This document shows positions 52,071 to 61,536 of a DNA stretch of 64,000 bases, piece after piece; within the stretch, counting starts at the first letter, position 1, and each line of letters opens with the position of its first letter. The DNA lies in contig CAWDEM010000008.1 in the NCBI GenBank assembly GCA_963801355.1, forward strand, positions 1,440,001 through 1,504,000, given 5' to 3'. Under the pieces are notes generated by a model. The model made no database searches. It saw nothing but the letters and a program-made list of their open reading frames with translations, and had not been told where the DNA came from. Both the position numbers and the translations under genes were made by a program. The stretch comes from Ignavibacteriota bacterium. Its GTDB lineage: Bacteria > Bacteroidota > Ignavibacteria > UBA10030 > UBA6906.

Positions 52071-54185
52071 TCACTTGAATTCCCCAACCAACCGCCGGAA
52101 ATCCTCATCTTCTCGGTATTCGTTGAAGTCCGGGTCATTAGTGATCGAGCCATGGAAAACCTTGCCACCCTCAAAGGCTAACTTCAGACACTGAAGCATT
52201 TCGCTCTTCTCTCCAAGCGCAGCGAGTGTGCACGCAGCGTTGTAGTGTGCGTGGCTGTCTGTCGGGTCGGAATTGCGTATCTTCCCCACTTCAGCCAAGG
52301 CCTTCTCGCGCTCGCCCAGCCGGGCGTACGCGTTTGCCACCCTGCTCCGCGTAATGGTATCATCGGGATTCAGCTCGAGCTTCCGGATCCCGATTTCGAG
52401 AGATTTGCGCCGTGCGGCGTCCGACGAGGCATAGTTACCCATTTCCCGATATACCATGTCCAGATGGACCCAGGGTTCTTCGCTGTAGGGTTTCAGTTCA
52501 CTGGCCCGCACAAAGCAGCTAATTGCGGCATCATGCTCTCCTGTTCGATCGAACACCATACCCAGCCAGAGGAAGCCTTCGTAGAAATCCGGTCTTTCCC
52601 GGATAATCGATTCGAAGGAACGCTTCGCTTCGTCGAAGCGCCTCTGATGAACGTAGACCGTAGCAAGAGCATGGCGTGCCTCGAATGATCCAGGATCCCG
52701 AGCCAGCGACTTTTCACTCACCTCGATAGTCCTACCGAGCCATTTTGGGTCTCCGTCATACCATGCGAAGATGTGGGCACACGCTTGGGCGAGTCCTGAG
52801 AGAGCTCCCACAAACCCAGCATCAATCACGAGCGCTCGCTCAAACATCTGCACCGCCTGCTCCGCATTCTTGCGGCCGCGTCGAGAAATGAGATCTTTAC
52901 CGCGCATGTAGAAGTCATATGCTCTCAGGTCATCTGTCGGTCTCTTTGCAAGTGCAGCTTCTTCGGTTTCGGTGAGCGAAAGGCGCAATGCCTCCACAAT
53001 CTTTCGAGCAACGTCCTCCTGAACATCCAGAATATCTTCTAGCAGCCTGTCAAATCGCTCCGCCCAGATTTGGTACCCCGTGCGCACATCAGACAACTGG
53101 GCCGTGATACGGATCCGATTCCCGGCTTTGCGCACGCTTCCTTCTAGGACATGACTTGTACGAAGCGCCTCTCCCAGCTTCCGGGTGTTGATGTCCTTGT
53201 TGCGAAATGGCAGGACGTCGCTGCGGGGTACGACCTTGAGGCTCGTGATCCTTGAAAGATCCGTGATGATGTCTTCAGTGATGCCGGCGCAGAAATAATC
53301 GGTGTCACGTTCGGAGCTCATGTTCTCGAAGTAAAGAACGGCGATACTCTTTTCCGCTACGGGGTTGGCGACGGGAGCCTGTGATCCTTTTAGCTCCCCA
53401 ACAAGTGTCCCCGCTGAAGGGATCCTCTTGGCGGGATCTTTTTCGAGGAGCTTGGACACCAGAATCTGTAGGCGGTCTGGGATATCGGGGCGATGCTGCT
53501 GGAGGGGAGGTGGTGTACTGTTCAGGATTTCGTACATGAGTGCGGCTTCGTGTTCTCCGTGGAAAGGGAGAGTGCCAGAAAGCATTTCGTACAGGAGCAC
53601 GCCGACCGACCAGAGATCCGTTCGCTGATCTACTTCTTCTCCCCGGACCTGCTCAGGCGACATATAGGCAAACGTCCCGAGTGTTGATCCAGATTTCGTC
53701 AGTCCGGTCAGTCCGGCGAGTTTTGCCAGTCCGAAATCGAGGATCTTCGCAGTCCCGTCAGTGCCAAGAAGGATATTTGCAGGTTTGATGTCCCGGTGAA
53801 CGATCCCTCTTGCGTGAGCGCTTGCCAGTCCTTGTGTGACCTGAAGTGCAAGAGCCAGGACATCCTCAATCCTCATAGGACCCCCCGCGATTTTCTCCTT
53901 CAGCGTCTCCCCCTCGTAGAGGTCCATGACAATGAACATTGTGCCGTCATCGGTCCGGTCGACATCGTGGATGGTGCAGATGTTGTTGTGCTGCAGGGCT
54001 GACGCTGCCTGGGCTTCAGTAATAAATCGCTCTCTGGCCACGCTGTCTTTCGTAAGGTCAGGAGGGAGGAATTTGAGTGCAACGGCGCGCTTGAGGCGGG
54101 TGTCCTCGGCTTTGTATACAACGCCCATGCCGCCTTCGCCAAGCTTCTCGAGGATCTTGTAGTGGGAAACAGTCTTGGCGATCAT
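52071..54185 (-). CDS. Hanks-type Ser/Thr kinase with TolB-N-like domain and TPR repeats
   Basis: LGEGGMGVVY, VALK, HRDIKPAN, DFG, YMSPE; SIAVLYFEN...VLEGSVRK; C-terminal TPRs. Confidence 0.93.
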   Translation of the reverse strand: MIAKTVSHYKILEKLGEGGMGVVYKAEDTRLKRAVALKFLPPDLTKDSVARERFITEAQAASALQHNNICTIHDVDRTDDGTMFIVMDLYEGETLKEKIAGGPMRIEDVLALALQVTQGLASAHARGIVHRDIKPANILLGTDGTAKILDFGLAKLAGLTGLTKSGSTLGTFAYMSPEQVRGEEVDQRTDLWSVGVLLYEMLSGTLPFHGEHEAALMYEILNSTPPPLQQHRPDIPDRLQILVSKLLEKDPAKRIPSAGTLVGELKGSQAPVANPVAEKSIAVLYFENMSSERDTDYFCAGITEDIITDLSRITSLKVVPRSDVLPFRNKDINTRKLGEALRTSHVLEGSVRKAGNRIRITAQLSDVRTGYQIWAERFDRLLEDILDVQEDVARKIVEALRLSLTETEEAALAKRPTDDLRAYDFYMRGKDLISRRGRKNAEQAVQMFERALVIDAGFVGALSGLAQACAHIFAWYDGDPKWLGRTIEVSEKSLARDPGSFEARHALATVYVHQRRFDEAKRSFESIIRERPDFYEGFLWLGMVFDRTGEHDAAISCFVRASELKPYSEEPWVHLDMVYREMGNYASSDAARRKSLEIGIRKLELNPDDTITRSRVANAYARLGEREKALAEVGKIRNSDPTDSHAHYNAACTLAALGEKSEMLQCLKLAFEGGKVFHGSITNDPDFNEYREDEDFRRLVGEFK

Positions 54186-54281
54186 GTGGATCTCCACCTG
54201 CGTGAATGATCCCGACGGTACGAAGAATCAGCAGTACGGCGGCAATATAGGGGAGAGGAGTGCGAGAGTCAACTATAGAAA

Positions 54282-54313
54282 AGAAGGTCAAGAGCACAGA
54301 AGGTCAAGAGCAC
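54282..54313. repeat. Tandem 16-bp duplication AGAAGGTCAAGAGCAC
   Basis: Two adjacent exact copies. Confidence 0.9.
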
Positions 54314-54600
54314 TGAACGATCGTGTATTGTTAAAACAACACCCTTGAACAACAACCCTCTCCAGGGAGCTTCACAACCGGAACAATCCACGATGGTCGA
54401 TGGACGCTCAACAATCCACAGCCGGCGGCAAAGAAAAGGATGTCGAGGCGTCGAAGAGATGAGTGTTGGAGGGTAATATCTGGTGAAGGAGGACTTCAGC
54501 GGAGTACTTCGATCGACGCAATAGCAGGCATCCTTTCTGACACATTCTCGGCCAACCGAGAAAAGCAGAAGCAGTGGTCTGCCTTTGTAAGACTCCAAAG

Positions 54601-54790
54601 TAGCGGGGGCCCGCTCTCCCCTCTTTGCGCAACACTGCAGGGTCTTCGAGAGGCTCATTCACCCATGAACAGTCAAAGCTGCAATAACCTCTTTTTTTGT
54701 GCGGGAATCTCAGCCCAACCCACTCACCCGCATAGGGGATTTCGTGATCTATGGTGGAGTTCTGCCCCGGATGGAATTTGTAGAGGGACA
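54601..54790 (+). repeat. Dispersed repeat copy C (longest): TAGCGGGGG core through a right inverted repeat ending ACA
   Basis: Colinear with A and B; 54768-90 reverse complement TGTCCCTCTACAAATTCCATCCG resembles IRL TGTAGCTCTTCAATATTCCATCCG. Confidence 0.9.
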
Positions 54791-54837
54791 GGGAGGAATT
54801 TCAGAGCAACGAAGCGGCCGACCTTGGGGTCCTGGTT

Positions 54838-56094
54838 CTATCCCAGACCCGTCCCCGTAAAAAGAAGGAACGCACTGAGGATGATGAGGATAATGGAGGT
54901 GCTCCATCCGACGATGTTCTGGAGGCGATTGTTCGTGTAGTTCTCCATGACTTCTGTCTTGTTGACAATGATCATCATGCAGATGAGCACCATCGGGAGG
55001 AGAATCGCGTTCAAGACCTGTGTCCAGATGGTAATGGTGATCAGCGGCGCATTCGGGAAAAGTATAATCACCACGCCGATCAGGATAATCAGCGTGAACA
55101 GCACGTAGAACTGCGGCGCCTCACTGAAACGCTTGTCAATTCCCGCCTCAAACCCGAAGGCTTCACAAACATAGAACGCCGTCGCAAGAGGAAGGATCGT
55201 TGCAGAGAACACCGACGCGACAAAGAGCCCAAAGGCGAACAACTGTGCGGCGGCGGCACCTGCCAGCGGACCCAGCGCCATCGCGGCGTCTTTTGCCTCC
55301 TCAATTCTGATGCCATTGACGTGCAGTGTAGCTGCGCAGGACACCACGATGAAAAACGCGACGACCACCGTGGCGATGCACCCCAACACCACATCCCAGA
55401 AGGTAAAGCGATAGTCGGCGACCTTGATCCCCTTTTCGATCACCGAGGACTGCATGTAAAACTGCATCCATGGGGCAACCGTCGTACCGACGAGCCCCAG
55501 GATCGTGGCGATCGTGGATGTATCCCATGTGACTTCCGGATGGATCATCGCATGTCCAATCGCGCCCCAATCGGGTTTTGCCATGAACGCGGAGAGCACG
55601 TAGGAGAGGAGGAAGACACTGAAGATCAGAAAGACCTTCTCCGAAAACTTGTAGTTCCCCTTGACCACCAGCACCCAGACCCCGATCGCTGCGATCGGCA
55701 CGGACACATACTTGCTGACGCCGAGCGCGTTCATGCTTCCCGCGACGCCGGCGAACTCGGTTGCGGTGTTGCCGATATCCGCGACGAGCAAGAAGATGAA
55801 TATGTAGAACGTCACTCTGACGCCGAAGTTCTCGCGGATGAGATCGGCCAGCCCTTTCCCCGTGACGATCCCCATGCGCGCATTCATTTCCTGGACGGCG
55901 AGCAGGGCGATGAAGGAGGGGATCAGCGTCCAGAGGAGATTGTACCCATACGTTGCTCCCGCAACCGAGTATGTGGTGATCCCTCCCGCATCGTTATCCA
56001 CACTCCCGGTAATGATTCCGGGGCCCACGAGGCCCAGGAAGACCACGAGATTGCGGAACGCCGGATGCTCTTTGAGCAGACGAAGAATCTTCAT
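54838..56094 (-). CDS. NRAMP-related Mg2+ transporter (NRMT-like)
   Basis: GPGIITGSVDNDAGG in place of DPGN; TTVAPW in place of MPH; QEMNARMGIVTGKGL. Confidence 0.85.
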   Translation of the reverse strand: MKILRLLKEHPAFRNLVVFLGLVGPGIITGSVDNDAGGITTYSVAGATYGYNLLWTLIPSFIALLAVQEMNARMGIVTGKGLADLIRENFGVRVTFYIFIFLLVADIGNTATEFAGVAGSMNALGVSKYVSVPIAAIGVWVLVVKGNYKFSEKVFLIFSVFLLSYVLSAFMAKPDWGAIGHAMIHPEVTWDTSTIATILGLVGTTVAPWMQFYMQSSVIEKGIKVADYRFTFWDVVLGCIATVVVAFFIVVSCAATLHVNGIRIEEAKDAAMALGPLAGAAAAQLFAFGLFVASVFSATILPLATAFYVCEAFGFEAGIDKRFSEAPQFYVLFTLIILIGVVIILFPNAPLITITIWTQVLNAILLPMVLICMMIIVNKTEVMENYTNNRLQNIVGWSTSIILIILSAFLLFTGTGLG

Positions 56095-56095
56095 C

Positions 56096-57442
56096 TCAGC
56101 CTTTGGACTCCTCACGAACTTCAGGGAAGACCGCTTCCAGTGTATCGCGCAGCGAGACGATCCCACGCATCGTTCCATCCTCGTCGATCACCGGGATGGC
56201 GTCAAAATTGTATTTGAAAAAGATCCGTGCGGCCCGTTTGATGCTGGTCTCCGCTGTGACGGCAATCGGATGCTCCTGCATCAGATCCGCCAGAATCATT
56301 TCGGGCTCCGCAGAGATCATATACCGGAGCGTCACCACACCGCGCAACCGATCGTCCTCCCCCACAACGTACACATAATAAATGAGGTCCGTATCCTCAG
56401 CCCTGGCCCGGAGGATCTCAAGCGCCTCACGAACCTTTGTCGACGGTTTTGCGGAGATGAAGTCGGTGTTCATGATGCTGCCGACACTCGTCGGAGAGAG
56501 CCGGGAGAGCTCTTTGATCTCCGCCACTGTCTCGGCGGAAAACATGGCCATGAGTGTGGCGCGGTGCTCCGGGGAAAGGTTGTCCAGCAGATCCACAACC
56601 TTGTCGGTCTCCATCTCTTGGACCATGTGCGTGAGCGCCCCTTGGTCGATGGATTCAGCGACGCGGACCCTCAACGTGAGTGGCATTTCAGTCAGGGTGG
56701 CAGCCGCGGTCGCGGGGTCGAGCGACTCGAACAAACTGTTCCGTTCGTCGGCGCCGAGGTCTTCCAGGATGTCGGCAAGATCCGCCGGGTGCATCTCCGA
56801 GAGCTTTGACGAGTCGGTCGTCAGCTGGAGAGATCCGTAGACGTTTGTTGTCGTGGCAGCCTGCACATGTTTCCAGGGGACATAGACATCCTTCATCTCC
56901 CTGTCCAGCACCCATTGGACAACGGCGTTGATCATCCTGCCCCAGCCTAGCCGCCGCAAGAGCCCCTTGATCCCGATGTCGATGTGGACCAGCCAGAGGT
57001 TGGAGCGTTCCTTTGTGGTCAGTTCCACGAGCAGGTGGAGGTCATTAACACGCACGACTTTATGTCCTGACGTGGAAATCAGCTGGCGGTCAAGGAAACT
57101 CTTCTTCAGAAGGATGTCACTCTCGGCAGGACGGGCTGTGCCATTCTCCGCAGGGACGGAGTGTTCGACGGTGACCGTTTTGCCGGCCCCAGGCCAGAGG
57201 ACGCAACTCCATGGGATATACAGCGGTACAGAGTGGAACGGCTTCTTCACCAGAAGGCCGGTTACTCGGGGATACACTTTTTCAGGGGAAGCCGTCAGAT
57301 CGACCAGGCTACCAATGTGTTTGTCTCCGGGAAAACCACGCACATGGCGTCCGAGCAGCTCGGAGAGATAAGTGAACCTGAAACTCTCCTGAGGCACTGT
57401 CGGGATTTGAGCTCGTGCGATGGGATTCTGTGGTGGGGACAT
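56096..57442 (-). CDS. Soluble PRC-barrel + MgtE N-domain + CBS-pair protein
   Basis: KVVRVNDL, MHPADLADILEDL, VGSIMNTDF, IYYVYVV, KYNFDAIPVID; no TM domain. Confidence 0.85.
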   Translation of the reverse strand: MSPPQNPIARAQIPTVPQESFRFTYLSELLGRHVRGFPGDKHIGSLVDLTASPEKVYPRVTGLLVKKPFHSVPLYIPWSCVLWPGAGKTVTVEHSVPAENGTARPAESDILLKKSFLDRQLISTSGHKVVRVNDLHLLVELTTKERSNLWLVHIDIGIKGLLRRLGWGRMINAVVQWVLDREMKDVYVPWKHVQAATTTNVYGSLQLTTDSSKLSEMHPADLADILEDLGADERNSLFESLDPATAAATLTEMPLTLRVRVAESIDQGALTHMVQEMETDKVVDLLDNLSPEHRATLMAMFSAETVAEIKELSRLSPTSVGSIMNTDFISAKPSTKVREALEILRARAEDTDLIYYVYVVGEDDRLRGVVTLRYMISAEPEMILADLMQEHPIAVTAETSIKRAARIFFKYNFDAIPVIDEDGTMRGIVSLRDTLEAVFPEVREESKG

Positions 57443-57751
57443 GCGTGTGCGTCCGATAGACGAGTCATTGTGTCCGATAACGTATGATAGGCAAGTGGAG
57501 CGAGAGTATCAATCGCAAAACCAATGCCACAAACAGAAATACGAGACCCGCCAGCTCAGAGCGTACTCTGTTGCCTACCGCCCCCCCATTTCTGGATGAA
57601 AAGGTATTATGCGGACCGTGGAAAACTTGGGGCACGGCAAGAATTGCAACACATTCCTGGAGGCCGATGCCATTCGGCTCGGGCCGCGTGCTTGCACATA
57701 GCAGGCCTGCGCATCAGCCACCGCCGTCCTTCTCAGTGCACGCTAGTCCCG

Positions 57752-58759
57752 TCATCGGATTCTCTTCTCAAGCCTTTTGAGCAGGTAGTAGTTGGCAAAT
57801 CCGATCACTGCCATTGCCAACAGGAAAACCGGATATGCGACCCTCCAGTGCTCAGGTCCGGTCATCATAGACCATTCTGACATCCCGCCGATCCCAGCTA
57901 GGAGTGTCAGAGGCATAAAGATGGTGGTGATAAAAGTCAGCCGTCTCACTGTCACGTTTGTCTCGTTGGCCGCTTTGGCCATCTGGTTGTTCAGCATCGA
58001 CAGATACATTTCCATGAGGCTGGTGACAATATCTCGGTAAGACTCGGTCAACTCGAAGAACTTTGCTAGATGGTCGTAGATGTCTCGATAGTGGAAAATT
58101 GCCTTTTCCGAGATGAAGGGACAGTCTTTGCGACAGATCTTCACGAGGATCTCCCGCTCGTGGAAAAGACTCTTGCGGAGGCTCAACAAGTCTCGACGCA
58201 TTCGGACCAGGTCTGCGGGGTTGAAGTTTGAAGCGTCAGCCAGCATCGCTTCTTCTACGGCGTCCAGCTCGTCTTCGAGCGCTTCGATCGCCAAAAACTT
58301 CTGATCCACGACAGAGTCTAGGATGACGTGCATCAGAAATGCCGGCCCCTGCTGTGCACTCTGGATGTCCATCTCCACGATGTGCTCGATGCCATCCAAA
58401 AGTCGGCGATTTTCAGAATTGCGTTGGCTGACGGTGACCAGAAAGTTGTCGCCGACAAAGAGATCGATCTCACCGATCGAGAGTTTTCCATCTGAATAAT
58501 CAAAGGCGTTGAACAGAAGAAAAGTATTTCGAGGAAAGTCTTCAATCTTGGGAATCTGGTCTTCGTCAAAACAATCCTCGACAGAAAGCGGATGAAGACC
58601 TAATGGATCGATGAGGATCGATAGTTCTTCCTTCGTTGGCTGACAGTAATTCAGCCACAGAAAGCCTTCGTCCTTTGCCGCAGCAAGAGCCGCGTCAATG
58701 GTTGCCAAGTGCGAGAGTTTTCCCGTCTGAGAGATATGATAGAACCATGATTCGGACAT
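57752..58759 (-). CDS. CorA-family transporter with a variant GMS signature
   Basis: GLHPLSVEDC...QIPKIEDF, YRDIYDHL, RLTFITTIFMPLTLLAGIGGMSEW. Confidence 0.88.
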   Translation of the reverse strand: MSESWFYHISQTGKLSHLATIDAALAAAKDEGFLWLNYCQPTKEELSILIDPLGLHPLSVEDCFDEDQIPKIEDFPRNTFLLFNAFDYSDGKLSIGEIDLFVGDNFLVTVSQRNSENRRLLDGIEHIVEMDIQSAQQGPAFLMHVILDSVVDQKFLAIEALEDELDAVEEAMLADASNFNPADLVRMRRDLLSLRKSLFHEREILVKICRKDCPFISEKAIFHYRDIYDHLAKFFELTESYRDIVTSLMEMYLSMLNNQMAKAANETNVTVRRLTFITTIFMPLTLLAGIGGMSEWSMMTGPEHWRVAYPVFLLAMAVIGFANYYLLKRLEKRIR

Positions 58760-58920
58760 TATTTCCTCCACCGACTCCAAAGACCAGACTGGATATGAGT
58801 CTATTATGGTTACGCGCCATCATCGCGAATGCTTTAATGCGGCGACCACGCCCGAAGTCCCGCGCAGACAGAGATTGCGTTTGTTGTGGTATTAGGTATT
58901 TCGACTGCAGGCACATTCTC

Positions 58921-61482
58921 TCACGTCGAATGCTTTGTGAAGAACTTCACGAGAAACGGCAGTTTCGCTAGCTCGTTGATGATCACAGCAAGGATACCCG
59001 TTCCAAGACACAAGACGTATTGCCATGGATGCAGCGGGGAAAAATGGAACAACTCGCTAACAGATGGCACGTGTAACGTTATCAACAGCAGGGCTAGCGC
59101 GATGACAGTAATGTACCAAAGCGTTTTGTTCGGTATTCTCATGATTGAGAAGATGTTCTTCGTCCAATAACGATTTGAGAATATCATACCGATATTGCCG
59201 AGCACGAGATTGATGAATACGAGCGAGTGCGCCTCGCCTTCGCCGAACCCCGACGCAAGCGCCCAGGCGTATAGAGGAACGATAATTGCGAGATGTCCCA
59301 ATCCCTGGAACAGTCCGATGAAAACCATTCTGGGGCCGAAAAGAGGGTTGCCGACCGGGCGAGGTTTCCTGTCCATGATGTCCTTCTCTTCTTCCTCCAT
59401 CTCAAAAACCACCGTGCACGAGGGATCAATTATGAGTTCCAGAAACAGGATATGCACGGGCAGCAAAACAATGGGCCAGCCAAAGAGAACCGGGACAAGC
59501 GACATTCCGGCTATCGGGATGTGAACAGCAAATATGAACGTCATCGCTTTCTGGAGATTATCGAAGATCCGTCTCCCTAAGCGGGCCGCATTTACTATTG
59601 ATGAAAAATCATCGTCAAGCAGGACTAGTGCGGCGGATTCTCGCGCGACATCGGTACCCCGCCCCCCCATGGCAATGCCAATGTGGGCAGCTTTGAGCGC
59701 CGGGGCGTCGTTCACCCCATCGCCAGTCATTGCCACGACTTCTCCGTTCGCCTTGAGGGCCTGGACTATCCGAAGTTTCTGTTCTGGCACGGCCCGGGCG
59801 AAAATGCTGATGTCGCCAATGCGCCTCTTCAATTCCTCATCGTCCAGGGCGTCAAGTTCCTGACCGGTAATGAGGCCGTCTGGGTTGTCGAGGCCGATTG
59901 CCTTCGCAATGTTCTTCGCCGTACCCGGATAGTCTCCAGTTATCATGACGACGCGGATACCAGCGCGATTGGCCAACGATACTGCTTGGGAGACGTTTGC
60001 CCTGACCGGATCCAAAAGTCCGAGAAGCCCGAGAAAAGTGAAGGGGAAATCGTGCTGACCGACGGGGAGGGAGCCGCGATCAAACTCAGCGGCCGCGACG
60101 GCTATGACCCTTAAACCGTCATTTGCCAGGGAATCGATGTCTTTGTGAAATGCTGTCAGCTGATCTTCCGACATGTGGCAGAGATCGGCGATGGCCTCCG
60201 GCGCCCCCTTGGCCGCGATGATAAATCTGGTCCCGTCCCTTTGTTCCCACACGCGGCTCATGGCGAGAAGCCGATCAGAAAGAGGATACTCCCGTACAAG
60301 CGACCAATCGGCGTGAATGTGCTCCGTGTTCACCAACGTCCTCATCGCCAATTTCTTCACGGCCTTTTCCATAGGATCAAATGGATCGACGGGACTCGCC
60401 AGAACAGCATATTCGACGACAGGGTGAAACACATCCGGCAGGCTTTTCTGTCTCTCATCGACGTCGAACATGATGCCATCGACGCTCAAACGGGTCACGG
60501 TCATGCGGTTGTGCGTAAGGGTTCCGGTCTTGTCGGAACACAGAACCGTGGCCGCTCCAAGGGTTTCGATCGCTTGAGCCCGACGGGTGAGAACGTTGCG
60601 TCGCGAGATGCGCCACGCCCCCAGAGCGAGAAAAACGGTCATAACGACTGGAAACTCCTCCGGAAGGATGGCCATGGCGAGCGAGAGGCCGACGAGAATG
60701 CCTTCGATCCAATTGTACCGGGTCAGCCCATATACGATGATCACCACGGCGCAGAGCAGGGCTCCAACAACGGCAAACGTCTTTACTATTTTGCCGGTTT
60801 GCTTCTGAAGATAGGTGTCCTCTGTCTCTATCGTCTGCAGGGCCTTCCCGATTTTTCCGATCTCGGTTCTCGACCCGGTCGAAATGACTCGCGCGATGCC
60901 CTGTCCGCGTACGATCATACTGCCTGAATATACAACGGGGTTGTCATCGCCACCCGGACCGCCAAGCGGTGACACATTGTCCCAGGCGAGTTTTCTCACA
61001 GGCACTGACTCGCCGGTCAGCAGTGATTCGTCGGCGGACAGATTGACGGAATGGAGGACAACAGCATCTGCCGGAACGCGGTCACCCTCGGAGAGGAGGA
61101 TGATGTCCTCACGTACCACCTCCCGTCCTGCAATACGCGTCTGCACGCCCTCGCGAACGACCAAAGCACGGGGGCTTGAGAGATCGCGAAGCGCATCAAG
61201 GGCCCGTTCAGTCTTGTTCTCCTGATAAAGCGTGATGCCGATAATGACGAACACGAACCCGAGGAGCATGAGGGCTTCTTTGACATCCCCCAGGAGAAGA
61301 TAGAGAATGCCACAGGCGATCAGAAGCAAGAACATTGGCTCCTTGACTATTTCGAGCAATATGGAGAAAACACTCTTCTTCTTCGACTGGGGGAGTTCGT
61401 TGAATCCCTCAGCACGACGTCGGTCGGCAACTTCGACGTTCGTGAGTCCGCGAATTGCACTGAAATCAAACGAGCCAGCCAT
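58921..61482 (-). CDS. P2-type cation-transporting ATPase
   Basis: LLTGES, PEEFP, CSDKTGT, KGAPE, MITGD, TGDGVNDAPAL. Confidence 0.93.
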   Translation of the reverse strand: MAGSFDFSAIRGLTNVEVADRRRAEGFNELPQSKKKSVFSILLEIVKEPMFLLLIACGILYLLLGDVKEALMLLGFVFVIIGITLYQENKTERALDALRDLSSPRALVVREGVQTRIAGREVVREDIILLSEGDRVPADAVVLHSVNLSADESLLTGESVPVRKLAWDNVSPLGGPGGDDNPVVYSGSMIVRGQGIARVISTGSRTEIGKIGKALQTIETEDTYLQKQTGKIVKTFAVVGALLCAVVIIVYGLTRYNWIEGILVGLSLAMAILPEEFPVVMTVFLALGAWRISRRNVLTRRAQAIETLGAATVLCSDKTGTLTHNRMTVTRLSVDGIMFDVDERQKSLPDVFHPVVEYAVLASPVDPFDPMEKAVKKLAMRTLVNTEHIHADWSLVREYPLSDRLLAMSRVWEQRDGTRFIIAAKGAPEAIADLCHMSEDQLTAFHKDIDSLANDGLRVIAVAAAEFDRGSLPVGQHDFPFTFLGLLGLLDPVRANVSQAVSLANRAGIRVVMITGDYPGTAKNIAKAIGLDNPDGLITGQELDALDDEELKRRIGDISIFARAVPEQKLRIVQALKANGEVVAMTGDGVNDAPALKAAHIGIAMGGRGTDVARESAALVLLDDDFSSIVNAARLGRRIFDNLQKAMTFIFAVHIPIAGMSLVPVLFGWPIVLLPVHILFLELIIDPSCTVVFEMEEEEKDIMDRKPRPVGNPLFGPRMVFIGLFQGLGHLAIIVPLYAWALASGFGEGEAHSLVFINLVLGNIGMIFSNRYWTKNIFSIMRIPNKTLWYITVIALALLLITLHVPSVSELFHFSPLHPWQYVLCLGTGILAVIINELAKLPFLVKFFTKHST

Positions 61483-61536
61483 GCCGTTGCCTCCTGTACG
61501 GTCTTGATCGCTCAACACTCGTGCGCCGCGTACACA

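Noticed and set aside
54269-54940. ORFs over the repeat copies (also 16145..16597, 16154..16516, 46916..47230) as a small protein family
   Set aside because: The copies differ by indels and stops in each frame; conservation is at the DNA level.
57443-57751. Expected M-box (ykoK) riboswitch before the Mg2+ genes
   Set aside because: No AGGTGAGGCT-type core found here or upstream of corA; only a small CAGAG-TACG-CTCTG hairpin.
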